This document shows, one piece after another, positions 56,029 through 64,000 of a stretch of 64,000 bases of DNA. Location of the stretch: NCBI GenBank assembly GCA_905478765.1, contig CAJQJY010000003.1, forward strand, positions 10,488 through 74,487, read 5' to 3'. Positions within the stretch are counted from its first letter, which is position 1. The number at the start of each line of letters is the position of its first letter. The notes below the pieces were generated by a model. The model was not told where the DNA came from and searched no databases. It worked only from the letters and a program-made list of their open reading frames with translations. The translations under genes were made by a program, and so were the position numbers. This DNA is from an uncultured Flavobacteriales bacterium. Lineage in GTDB: Bacteria > Bacteroidota > Bacteroidia > Flavobacteriales > BACL11.

Positions 56029-56685
56029 CTAATTTGTTTTAATTAAAAGGTGTTTTGCTACATCATTACTGATGTGTTGTTTGGTATTTACTATTTTGAT
56101 ACTGATTGATTGATCAAAAGGTATCTTTTCTAAAAGCTTAATTTCTGTCCCTATGCTGATATTTAACTTTGTTAAGTAATCTAAAAATGGCTTTTCATCT
56201 AATGTTACTCCCATAACCTTTCCATTTGTTCCTTCTGATAATTTATTTAAAGGTATAGTATTTGTTGTTGGGATTTTTCCATCTTTTGCAGGTATAGGCT
56301 CTCCATGGGGGTCAAATTTTGGGCAATCTAAAAAGGTATCTAATCTGTCTACAAGTTCTTCTGATTTTATGTGCTCTAATTGTTCGGCTACATCATGTAC
56401 TTCTCCCCAATCAAAGTTTAAGTTATTCACTAAAAAAGTTTCCCATAATCTATGTTTTCTTATTACTGATGTTGCAAAAGAGTTTCCTTTTTTTGTTAAT
56501 GATACACCTTTGTATTTCTTGTATTTGACAAGTTTTTTGTCTTGCAATTTCTTTAGCATATCTGATACTGATGCTGCAGTTGTTCCAATTTCTCCTGCAA
56601 TTGCATTGGTAGAAACTTTTCCATCAAAATTTAAACTAATGGATAAAATAGCTTTTAAATAATTTTCTTCTGCTAAAGTAATCAT
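56029..56685 (-). CDS. DtxR/MntR family metal-dependent transcriptional regulator
   Basis: 218 aa. N-terminal wHTH (ENYLKAI...VSTNAIAGEIGTTAASVSDMLKKL), a dimerisation/metal-binding domain (HRLWETFL...EQLEH) and a FeoA/SH3-like C-terminus. 2 nt upstream of the ZIP gene. Confidence 0.85.
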   Translation of the reverse strand: MITLAEENYLKAILSISLNFDGKVSTNAIAGEIGTTAASVSDMLKKLQDKKLVKYKKYKGVSLTKKGNSFATSVIRKHRLWETFLVNNLNFDWGEVHDVAEQLEHIKSEELVDRLDTFLDCPKFDPHGEPIPAKDGKIPTTNTIPLNKLSEGTNGKVMGVTLDEKPFLDYLTKLNISIGTEIKLLEKIPFDQSISIKIVNTKQHISNDVAKHLLIKTN

Positions 56686-56689
56686 GTGG

Positions 56690-56697
56690 CAAAAGTA
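56690..56697 (-). promoter_or_regulatory. Putative -7 promoter box for the regulator-ZIP operon
   Basis: TACTTTTG on the - strand, 4 nt (ccac) before the ATG at 56685. Confidence 0.4.
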
Positions 56698-56722
56698 ATA
56701 ATTATATTAATATAAAAAAAAG

Positions 56723-56738
56723 TTTAGACATGTCTAAA
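56723..56738. promoter_or_regulatory. Perfect 16-bp palindrome TTTAGACATGTCTAAA, candidate DtxR/MntR-family operator
   Basis: Read directly from the sequence. It lies centrally in the 99-bp divergent region between the regulator-ZIP operon and the TonB-dependent receptor. Its TTAG...CTAA ends resemble DtxR-type boxes. Confidence 0.6.
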
Positions 56739-56784
56739 AATTAAGATATTTGCCATGCTTAAATGAAATCAAAAAAACTAAAAA

Positions 56785-59082
56785 ATGAATAAAATAATTA
56801 ACCTATTAATAATTGCATTTGTCATATTTTCTTTAACAGCAAATTCGCAGACAATAAAAGGAAAAATAACATCCAAAAATGAAGTTGTACCTTTCGCAAA
56901 CATCATTATTGAAGGAACAAAATTGGGTGTTTCGACTGATGAGAATGGAAGTTATATTATTGAAAATGCACCATTAGGTCATCATCATATTATTGTATCA
57001 GCAGTTGGAATGATAACTAAGAAGTCTTATAATGTTGTTAATAAAGGAATAAATAATATTAATATTATGTTAGTAGCATCTGTATATAATTTGGATCAAG
57101 TTGTAGTTACAGGAACTAAAACATTTAAGAGAAGAACGAAATCTCCAGTAATTGTAAATGTGATGGATAGCAGACAATTAGAAAATGTTCAAGCTTGTAA
57201 TTTGGCAGAAGGTCTTAATTTTCAGCCAGGATTAAGGGTCGAGACTGATTGTCAAACTTGTAATTATACTCAATTGAGAATGAATGGATTGGCTGGGGGT
57301 TATTCTCAAATCCTTATAAACGGAAGGCCAATTTTTAGTCCTTTAACAGGGCTATATGGGATGGAGCAAATCCCTATTAATATGATTGATAGGATTGAAA
57401 TTGTAAGAGGAGGAGGTAGTTCGCTTTACGGCTCATCAGCAATAGGAGGAATAGTAAATGTAATAACTAAATTACCTACTACTAATAATTTTAGTTTTGG
57501 ATATGATTATAGTAGAATCAATAGCTCGGCTGATGATAAGGTTTTTCATGGCAATGCAACTGTTGTATCTGATAATAAAAATTCAGGAGCTACATTTTTT
57601 GTAAACAATCGTGATAGAATGTGGTACGATCATAATGGAGATAATTACTCAGAATTACCTGTTTTAAAAGACAATACTTTTGGGGCTAATTTCTTTTTCG
57701 TACCATCTAAAAATCAAAAAATAGAAGTAAATATGGGTAGTTTGCATGAGTATCGTTTTGGTGGAGAAATGATTACAGGTGCGCCACATTTTGCAATGCA
57801 ATCAGAAGAAAGAGTGCATGATGTGCTTTTAGGAAATATAGATTATCAAATTAATTTTAATGATGGTAACTCATCTCTTGTTACTTATTTAGCAGCACAA
57901 CAAACTAAGCGTGAGCATTATACTGGTATCAGACCAGAGGTTGGGTCTGCTGAAGAGCATTTGGCTAATCCTCCTTATGGAACTTCATTAAACACAACTA
58001 AGCAAGGTGGTTTTCAGTTGAATCATAAGATAAATAAGTTGTTTGGTCCAAATGTATTTACAATTGGTTCTGAGTATGTTTTTGATGATGTAATGGACGA
58101 AATCTCAGCTTATAATTATTTAATTGACCAAAAAGTAATAACTCTTGGTACTTTTGTTCAGTCTGACTGGGATTTGACAGAAAACTTTAATCTACTTTGT
58201 GGGGCAAGATTTGATAAGCATTCGTTATTAGAAAATATGGTGGTTAGTCCTAGGTTGTCATTGCTTTATAAATTAAGGAAAGAAACTCAATTTAGAATAT
58301 CATACAGTACAGGGTTCAGGGCACCACAAGCTTTTGATACTGATTTGCATATGGCATTTGCTGGGGGTGGAATTTCTCGTATTTTTTTGGCTGATGATTT
58401 GAAAGAAGAACGTTCAAAAAGTTTAAGCGCATCTATTAATTATGATAAAGCAACTGAGCATTATGTTTATGGTTTTACTTTTGAGGGTTTTTACACGTAT
58501 TTGAATTATGCATTTTATCAAGATCCATCTGGAGAAGATGAATTTGGAGAGGTTTTTACAAAAAGAAATGGAGCTGGAGCTAATGTAAAAGGTCTTACTA
58601 TGGAATTTAGAGCAAATTTAGAGCAAAAACTGCAGATAGAATCTGGTTTAACTTTGCAAAGATCATTGTACGATGAGGCGGTAAGTTATTCTGATGAGCT
58701 TGAGAGTAGAAAAGAATTTTTAAGAACTCCAAATAAGTACGGTTATGCTACTTTAACTTACTCTCCTACTAACAAATTAAGTTTTTCTGCAAATTTAGTA
58801 CATACAGGCGTTATGGATATATTGCATTTAGCTGGCGCTCCTGAGCAAACTAAGGATGAATTCATAAAATCACCTACATTTAATGTAATTGGACTAAAAG
58901 CAACTTACATACAGCAATTGAGTAGAGTAGGAACTAAATTAGCATACAGTGTTGGGATTAAGAATTTAACTAATGATTATCAGCAAAATCTTGATACTTT
59001 AAAAGACAGAGATAGTAACTTTGTTTATGGACCTAATTTACCAATAACAGTATACTTTGGATTAGTGCTAAAATCTCTTTAA
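56785..59082 (+). CDS. TonB-dependent receptor with an N-terminal CarboxypepD_reg domain
   Basis: 765 aa. Signal peptide, a carboxypeptidase-regulatory-like domain, a plug (DRIEIVRGGGSSLYGSSAIGGIVNVIT) and a 22-strand barrel ending in an aromatic-rich C-terminus. Confidence 0.9.
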   Translation: MNKIINLLIIAFVIFSLTANSQTIKGKITSKNEVVPFANIIIEGTKLGVSTDENGSYIIENAPLGHHHIIVSAVGMITKKSYNVVNKGINNINIMLVASVYNLDQVVVTGTKTFKRRTKSPVIVNVMDSRQLENVQACNLAEGLNFQPGLRVETDCQTCNYTQLRMNGLAGGYSQILINGRPIFSPLTGLYGMEQIPINMIDRIEIVRGGGSSLYGSSAIGGIVNVITKLPTTNNFSFGYDYSRINSSADDKVFHGNATVVSDNKNSGATFFVNNRDRMWYDHNGDNYSELPVLKDNTFGANFFFVPSKNQKIEVNMGSLHEYRFGGEMITGAPHFAMQSEERVHDVLLGNIDYQINFNDGNSSLVTYLAAQQTKREHYTGIRPEVGSAEEHLANPPYGTSLNTTKQGGFQLNHKINKLFGPNVFTIGSEYVFDDVMDEISAYNYLIDQKVITLGTFVQSDWDLTENFNLLCGARFDKHSLLENMVVSPRLSLLYKLRKETQFRISYSTGFRAPQAFDTDLHMAFAGGGISRIFLADDLKEERSKSLSASINYDKATEHYVYGFTFEGFYTYLNYAFYQDPSGEDEFGEVFTKRNGAGANVKGLTMEFRANLEQKLQIESGLTLQRSLYDEAVSYSDELESRKEFLRTPNKYGYATLTYSPTNKLSFSANLVHTGVMDILHLAGAPEQTKDEFIKSPTFNVIGLKATYIQQLSRVGTKLAYSVGIKNLTNDYQQNLDTLKDRDSNFVYGPNLPITVYFGLVLKSL

Positions 59083-59104
59083 TTAGTTACTTAAATATAA
59101 ATTT

Positions 59105-59131
59105 AAAAGCCACTTAATAAGTGGTTTTTTT
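59105..59131 (+). terminator. Rho-independent terminator
   Basis: CCACTT aat AAGTGG hairpin followed by T7. Confidence 0.8.
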
Positions 59132-59357
59132 ATGTAAAAATTAACTTTTGTAAACAAAGTTAGGTATAATTTGATATGAGTTTTTTGTAATTTACAGAAT
59201 TTTTAGTAAGATCAATGTATTATATTTGTTTTCAGTAATTTATAGTATTTATATGTAATGCTTGTTACGTTCTTTTATAAAGAAATCAGAACAATAATAT
59301 TAAAATATAAAAACAAATTTGTAGTTTTGCTGTTAACAATTGTAAATAGTAAAGTAA

Positions 59358-59657
59358 ATGCACGAAAGGCTCAAAAATTGGATGGGAATAGAAAGCTTAA
59401 AATCCTCAGCTTTGGCGGATAGTATTGGCGTGAATCGTGCAACAATCTCGCATATACTTTCTGGTCGAAATAAGCCAAGTATCGACTTTTTAGAAAAGCT
59501 ATTGAATGTGTATCCTAACATAAATGCCAACTGGTTAATTAGCGGAATTGGTTATATGCAGGACAATATGGATCAAAAAGAGGTACTTGTTTCAAAGAAA
59601 ATAGGCAAAGTTGTTGTGTTTTATGATGATAATTCCTTTGAAGAAGTAGGTGAGTAG
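59358..59657 (+). CDS. XRE-type helix-turn-helix protein
   Basis: 99 aa. SALADSIGVNRATISHILSGRNKPS is an HTH_XRE core. A TAGTTTTG -7 box lies 28 nt upstream. Confidence 0.8.
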   Translation: MHERLKNWMGIESLKSSALADSIGVNRATISHILSGRNKPSIDFLEKLLNVYPNINANWLISGIGYMQDNMDQKEVLVSKKIGKVVVFYDDNSFEEVGE

Positions 59658-59719
59658 TTGTTAGTTCCTATTTGTAATCTAATAACTATTAACTCATATC
59701 TTGTATCTTGTATCTATAT
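59650..59719. repeat. Ten tandem heptamers GTGAGTA GTTGTTA GTTCCTA TTTGTAA TCTAATA ACTATTA ACTCATA TCTTGTA TCTTGTA TCTATAT
   Basis: Read directly from the sequence. TA is fixed at unit positions 6-7 in 8 of 10 units. There is one exact tandem duplicate (TCTTGTA x2). Confidence 0.85.
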
Positions 59720-59723
59720 TTTT

Positions 59724-59731
59724 TACATTTG
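59724..59731 (+). promoter_or_regulatory. Putative -7 promoter box for pyrD
   Basis: TACATTTG matches TAnnTTTG, 14 nt upstream of the ATG at 59746. Confidence 0.4.
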
Positions 59732-59745
59732 CGAAAAATATATCT

Positions 59746-60774
59746 ATGTATAGAGTTTTCCGTTTTTTCTTATTCCTTTTTAACCCTGAAGCGATACACC
59801 ATATAACCTTTAAGATGATAAAAATTGCTGGGATGATTCCTGGTAAATTATGGGCTTTTCGTCTGCTGTTTAAAGTAAAGGATGCTAGATTAGAACGAGA
59901 TGTATTCGGATTAAAATTTGACAACCCTGTAGGCTTGGCAGCAGGCTTTGATAAAGATGCAAAACTGTTTGATGAATTAGCATCCTTTGGTTTTGGTTTT
60001 ATTGAAATTGGCACGGTTACTCCTTTCCCTCAAAAGGGAAATCCTAAGCCTAGGTTATTTCGCTTAAATGATGACAGTGGTCTTATCAATAGAATGGGTT
60101 TTAATAATCAAGGGATAGAAGTAGTAGTTGCTCGATTGAGAAGAAGAAAAACTAACATCATTATTGGTGGGAATATTGGGAAAAATAAAGTCACACCAAA
60201 TGAAAAGGCAGTAGATGATTATGAACTCTGCTTTGAGAAATTGTTTCCTTATGTGGATTATTTTGTGGTGAATGTAAGTTCGCCAAATACCCCAGGTTTG
60301 CGTGATTTGCAGGAGAAAGCACCCCTTACTGCTTTATTAAATAGATTACAGGAATTAAATAATGAAAAAGAATCCAGAAAACCAATCTTATTGAAAATAG
60401 CACCTGATTTAATCAATGACCAATTGGATGATATTATAGAAATTATAGCAACAACGAAAATTGATGGCGTGGTAGCAACTAACACAACAATTGATAGAAG
60501 TGGGCTTAAAACAGATACAAACAAGGTTAATGCTATCGGTAAAGGAGGTTTGAGTGGTAAGCCAGTTAGAGTAAGATCCACAGAGGTAATTAAGTACTTG
60601 GCTGATAAATCAAATAAAGCATTCCCAATTATTGGTGTAGGGGGAATACATAGTGCTGAAGACGCATTGGAAAAACTCGATGCAGGTGCAACATTATTGC
60701 AGTTGTATACGGGCTTCATTTATGAAGGACCATCACTTGTAAAAAGGATTAATAAGGCAATGTTAAAGAGATGA
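59746..60774 (+). CDS. pyrD: Dihydroorotate dehydrogenase (quinone), class 2
   Basis: N-terminal membrane-association helix, [27 protein letters not shown] and GGLSG motifs. I prefer the ATG at 59746 over the TTG at 59701, which lies inside the heptamer array. Confidence 0.9.
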   Translation: MYRVFRFFLFLFNPEAIHHITFKMIKIAGMIPGKLWAFRLLFKVKDARLERDVFGLKFDNPVGLAAGFDKDAKLFDELASFGFGFIEIGTVTPFPQKGNPKPRLFRLNDDSGLINRMGFNNQGIEVVVARLRRRKTNIIIGGNIGKNKVTPNEKAVDDYELCFEKLFPYVDYFVVNVSSPNTPGLRDLQEKAPLTALLNRLQELNNEKESRKPILLKIAPDLINDQLDDIIEIIATTKIDGVVATNTTIDRSGLKTDTNKVNAIGKGGLSGKPVRVRSTEVIKYLADKSNKAFPIIGVGGIHSAEDALEKLDAGATLLQLYTGFIYEGPSLVKRINKAMLKR

Positions 60775-61607
60775 AAATAATAGAATGTCCTAGAGATGCA
60801 ATGCAGGGTATTAGTGAATTTATTGCTACTGATATTAAGGCTGCATACATCAATCAATTGCTTAAGGTAGGTTTTGATACGATTGATTTTGGTTCATTCG
60901 TTTCGCCAAAGTATATCCCACAATTAAGGGATACGGCACAGGTTTTGGAACAGTTGGATTTAGAAAATACAAACAGTAAATTACTTTCTATTATTGCAAA
61001 TACTAGAGGCGCAACTGATGCTTGCAGTTTTGAAGAAATCAATTATTTAGGTTTTCCACTTTCGGTTTCTGAACAGTTTCAGCTGAGGAATACTAAAAAG
61101 AGCATTGCACAATCATTAAGTACAGTTGAAGAAATACAGAATTTATCCGTTAAAAATAACAAGGAACTGGTTGTGTATTTGTCAATGGCATTTGGGAACC
61201 CTTATGGAGAAAACTATCATACTGATATTGTAGCAGAACTTACTAAAAAATTACAAAAACTAGATATAGGAATAGTTGCTCTATCTGATACTGTTGGGGT
61301 TTCAAGCCCTAAAAATATTGCACCACTTTTTAGTACATTAATAAAAGAATACCAAAGTATAGAATTTGGAGCGCATTTCCATACTATTGCTGATAAATGG
61401 GAAGAGAAATTAGAGTCGGCCTATCAGAATGGTTGCAGAAGATTTGATGCTACCCTTAAAGGATATGGCGGCTGCCCAATGGCAAAGGATGATTTGGTGG
61501 GGAATATGCCAACCGAAAAACTAATCACTTATTTTACTAAGAATTTAGGATTAAGTCCATTAGAGTTAAAAAAGAGTTTAGATTTAAGCACTTTAGTTTT
61601 TAAATAA
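60771..61607 (+). CDS. Hydroxymethylglutaryl-CoA lyase
   Basis: 278 aa. [10 protein letters not shown]-terminus (the RD..Q catalytic region of the HMGL-like TIM barrel), HFH metal ligands. Its start overlaps the pyrD stop (ATGA). Confidence 0.85.
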   Translation: MKIIECPRDAMQGISEFIATDIKAAYINQLLKVGFDTIDFGSFVSPKYIPQLRDTAQVLEQLDLENTNSKLLSIIANTRGATDACSFEEINYLGFPLSVSEQFQLRNTKKSIAQSLSTVEEIQNLSVKNNKELVVYLSMAFGNPYGENYHTDIVAELTKKLQKLDIGIVALSDTVGVSSPKNIAPLFSTLIKEYQSIEFGAHFHTIADKWEEKLESAYQNGCRRFDATLKGYGGCPMAKDDLVGNMPTEKLITYFTKNLGLSPLELKKSLDLSTLVFK

Positions 61608-61880
61608 AAAACATTCTTTTTACTTAAGGATAGGATTATTTAGTAGTTGAGAACTGTGAAGAGTAGTTTCGTTTGTATTAAATAGTAAAACTAAAAAGTT
61701 CACTATGACATGTTATTTTCTGAGTTTATGCTCATTAGCCTTTAAGTTATGTTTATCAATTGTTAGTTTGGTTTACCGTTTTATCAGATAGTTTTTATCA
61801 GAAACCTAAGTATATGTTTTTTAAAAATAATTATAAACTAAGTATATTAAATACACATCAATTTATATATTTGCTCCAAG

Positions 61881-62035
61881 TTTAGTACACTATTTTAGTG
61901 TAAAAGGGAATGAGGTGTGAATCCTCAACTTTACCAGAAGCTGTAAAGTCCGTAAATTTTTGGAAACTACATTGCCACTGTTTTAGTTAATGGGAAGGCC
62001 TTTCCAAAAGGACCAAGTCAGAAGACCTGCTAAGC
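61881..62035 (+). promoter_or_regulatory. Cobalamin (B12) riboswitch
   Basis: AAAGGGAATGAGGTGTGAATCCTCA core, GCCACTG...GGGAAGGC, and a B12 box AAGTCAGAAGACCTGC at 62015-62030. About 45 nt upstream of a TonB-dependent receptor gene. Confidence 0.85.
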
Positions 62036-62075
62036 TAAAAAAACTGAATCGTTTCTGGATAAAACGGTAGGCAGA

Positions 62076-63950
62076 ATGAAACAGACTATAGCGCACTTAT
62101 ACCTACTATTGAGTTTTGTAACTAACTTGCAAGGGCAATTGGCTATGGATACCATTCGGCTACCTGAAGTAAAGTTAGAAGATAATCGTTTACAAACTCA
62201 TTCTATAGGAACTCACCTAGTAATACTTAATCCTGAAATTATAGGTGAGTCCTCAAGCCAAAAACTATCTGATTGCCTAGTCAATCATTCATCCGTTTAT
62301 ATAAAACAGTATGGGGCGCTTGCTACTCCAACTTTTAGAGGTACTTCCAGCTCACATACTTTAGTGCTTTGGAATGGTATCCCTTTGAACTCAATTGCTA
62401 ATGGTTTACTTGATTTTTCAATTACTCCCGTACAGGGTTTTGAAAAGATAGCTATCATACATGGAGGAGATGCTTCCGTGTTTGGTTCTGGGGCTATTGG
62501 TGGTAGTATTCATCTTAACTCTATTACTGATTTTAAGCAGGAAAGGGAAATAAAATTAACCAGGGAACAAGGTAGTTATGGTTTATTATGTCAAGGGATA
62601 AAACTAGAACACAGTGCCGATAAATTGGCATTTAATCTGTCGTTTACAAACCTCTCAGATGAAAACAGTTTTATCTATTCAAATACCATAAAAAGGGGGC
62701 GTCCAACCTTAGTGAATGACTATGGTAAGATAGAGTCAAAATCAAGGAAACTAAACCTCACCTACAAATATGATAGTTCAACAAAATTTGCAGTCGCCTA
62801 CTGGAGTTTAGCTAATGACAGGGAAGTGCCGCAAAATATGACAATTTCTTTTTCGGATGCAAAACAATACGATAAGACTAACAACTTACTTTTTTTTACA
62901 ACTCATTTTTTTACAGATGGAGTAATTACCTTGAAAAGGGCTTTTCTTAAAGAAGATTTTCGGTATACTGAATACCTGAAAAATATTGATAGCCATTACC
63001 TAACTAATAGTAAAATTACGGATATAGATGTTAAAATTACTAAAGGTGGTTTCCTTTATAACTTAGGTAGTAGCATTACAAAACAGTCCGTAATCAACAA
63101 TAATTATAGGGATACTAGGCAGATAGAAAAGCAAAGTGCTGTTTTTTCTTGCGTGCAGTACAATTATGATTTCCTGAGTATAAATACAGTATTGCGTAAG
63201 CAGTGGCAAACTACTTTTGAAGTGCCCCTTATTACTAGTATGGCATTATCTGCTGAAGTTACTAAACAGCTAAGAATTCGTTTTAAATACAACAGGAATT
63301 TCCGCTCTCCTTCTTTCAACGATAGATTTTGGGCAGGAGCAGGGGCAAATGGAAATCCTGATTTAATTCCTGAAGATGCATGGAACAAAGAGTTTGGTTT
63401 TGAGATTAACACTGCCAATTTCAAGTTTAAAGCTACTGCTTATAATTTGGATATATCTGACATGATACTCTGGCAACAAATGGATAATGGCAGTTGGATG
63501 CCAAACAACATAAAGCAAGTATGGAGTAGAGGGCTAGAGACAAGATTGAAAGTGCAAACTAAAAATATATGCTTAATTGGGAATTATGCATTTACCAAAT
63601 CTACTAATGAAATAACAACGACTCCTTTGGATGTTTCTGTTGGTAAACAGTTGAGGTATGTTCCTTTGCACAAGGCAGGTATTGCTTTTATAGTTAAAGA
63701 GGATGACTTAACATTTACAATAAATCAGAATTATACTGGGGAAGTTATTACATCTCACAGTGTATTGGAAAACAATACTTTACCTTACTTTATCTTAACT
63801 GAAATTGCTGTTGCTTATTCCCCTGAATTTATTCCTTTTAGCATTGAGGGTAAGGTTAAAAACCTGATGGATAAAAGTTATACTACTTATCAGAATTACC
63901 CTAATCCAGGAAGAGAATTATTATTAACAATAAATTATATTATTAACTAA
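62076..63950 (+). CDS. btuB: TonB-dependent receptor, BtuB-like (vitamin B12 transporter)
   Basis: 624 aa. Plug domain (GGDASVFGSGAIGGSIHL), a short BtuB-size barrel and an immediately upstream cobalamin riboswitch. Confidence 0.85.
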   Translation: MKQTIAHLYLLLSFVTNLQGQLAMDTIRLPEVKLEDNRLQTHSIGTHLVILNPEIIGESSSQKLSDCLVNHSSVYIKQYGALATPTFRGTSSSHTLVLWNGIPLNSIANGLLDFSITPVQGFEKIAIIHGGDASVFGSGAIGGSIHLNSITDFKQEREIKLTREQGSYGLLCQGIKLEHSADKLAFNLSFTNLSDENSFIYSNTIKRGRPTLVNDYGKIESKSRKLNLTYKYDSSTKFAVAYWSLANDREVPQNMTISFSDAKQYDKTNNLLFFTTHFFTDGVITLKRAFLKEDFRYTEYLKNIDSHYLTNSKITDIDVKITKGGFLYNLGSSITKQSVINNNYRDTRQIEKQSAVFSCVQYNYDFLSINTVLRKQWQTTFEVPLITSMALSAEVTKQLRIRFKYNRNFRSPSFNDRFWAGAGANGNPDLIPEDAWNKEFGFEINTANFKFKATAYNLDISDMILWQQMDNGSWMPNNIKQVWSRGLETRLKVQTKNICLIGNYAFTKSTNEITTTPLDVSVGKQLRYVPLHKAGIAFIVKEDDLTFTINQNYTGEVITSHSVLENNTLPYFILTEIAVAYSPEFIPFSIEGKVKNLMDKSYTTYQNYPNPGRELLLTINYIIN

Positions 63951-63979
63951 ATTACATTTAACAAAAACACAAGAAAATT

Positions 63980-64000
63980 ATGAAAAAAAAAATACGAAAA
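63980..64000 (+). CDS. Start of an unidentified gene (partial, 7 codons MKKKIRK)
   Basis: An ATG 30 nt after the btuB-like stop, followed by a Lys-rich, signal-peptide-like beginning. The window ends here. Confidence 0.3.

Noticed and set aside
1-64000. A search by eye for tRNA or rRNA genes, CRISPR repeats, IS elements, integrases and long direct or inverted repeats
   Set aside because: No T-loop GGTTCGAATCC-type sequences and no regularly spaced repeats of 25-40 bp were found. No transposase or integrase-like ORFs were found. Intergenic regions are mostly under 150 bp. A computational scan (tRNAscan-SE, Infernal, a CRISPR finder, ISEScan) would be needed to be definitive.

Overview
This is a 64-kb chromosomal segment from an AT-rich Bacteroidota (Flavobacteriia-like) genome. 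Lineage evidence: T9SS type A and type B C-terminal sorting domains, a SprB repeat, a GH109-like enzyme, TAnnTTTG -7 promoter boxes and no Shine-Dalgarno sequences. The window is densely packed with mostly housekeeping genes: rlmF (partial, missing from the ORF track), ftcD, queE, purA, fur, rel/spoT, glyA, guaB, a PPIase/SurA-MoxR-def operon, a 2-oxoacid dehydrogenase E2, recR, lgt, mtaB, pheT, hutU, rnhB, smpB, pyrD and HMG-CoA lyase. There are also several secreted or T9SS cargo proteins and two TonB-dependent receptors. One receptor follows a cobalamin riboswitch. The other is divergent from a DtxR-family regulator plus ZIP transporter operon, across a perfect 16-bp palindrome. I found no rRNA, tRNA, CRISPR array, transposase, integrase or recognisable defence system, so most of the window is ordinary core genome. 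The unexplained structure lies in non-coding DNA and one small envelope locus. (1) A dispersed family of strictly 7-bp-periodic arrays (for example GTTAGTT ACTAGTT GTTAGTT GACAGTT ACTAGTT) lies directly upstream of the -7 boxes or start codons of at least six genes. (2) A conserved ~30-nt element lies exactly 20 nt upstream of the start codons of two envelope genes, with a third orphan copy nearby. (3) A lipoprotein carries four copies of a 23-aa GC.D..A.NYN..A..D..SC.Y module, next to a paralogous secreted protein and a small beta-barrel OMP. (4) A candidate metalloregulator operator links a ZIP transporter to a TonB-dependent receptor. (5) Several genes have -7 boxes only 4-5 nt from the ATG, which predicts leaderless mRNAs. 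All functional calls come from motif recognition by eye. No database search was run.
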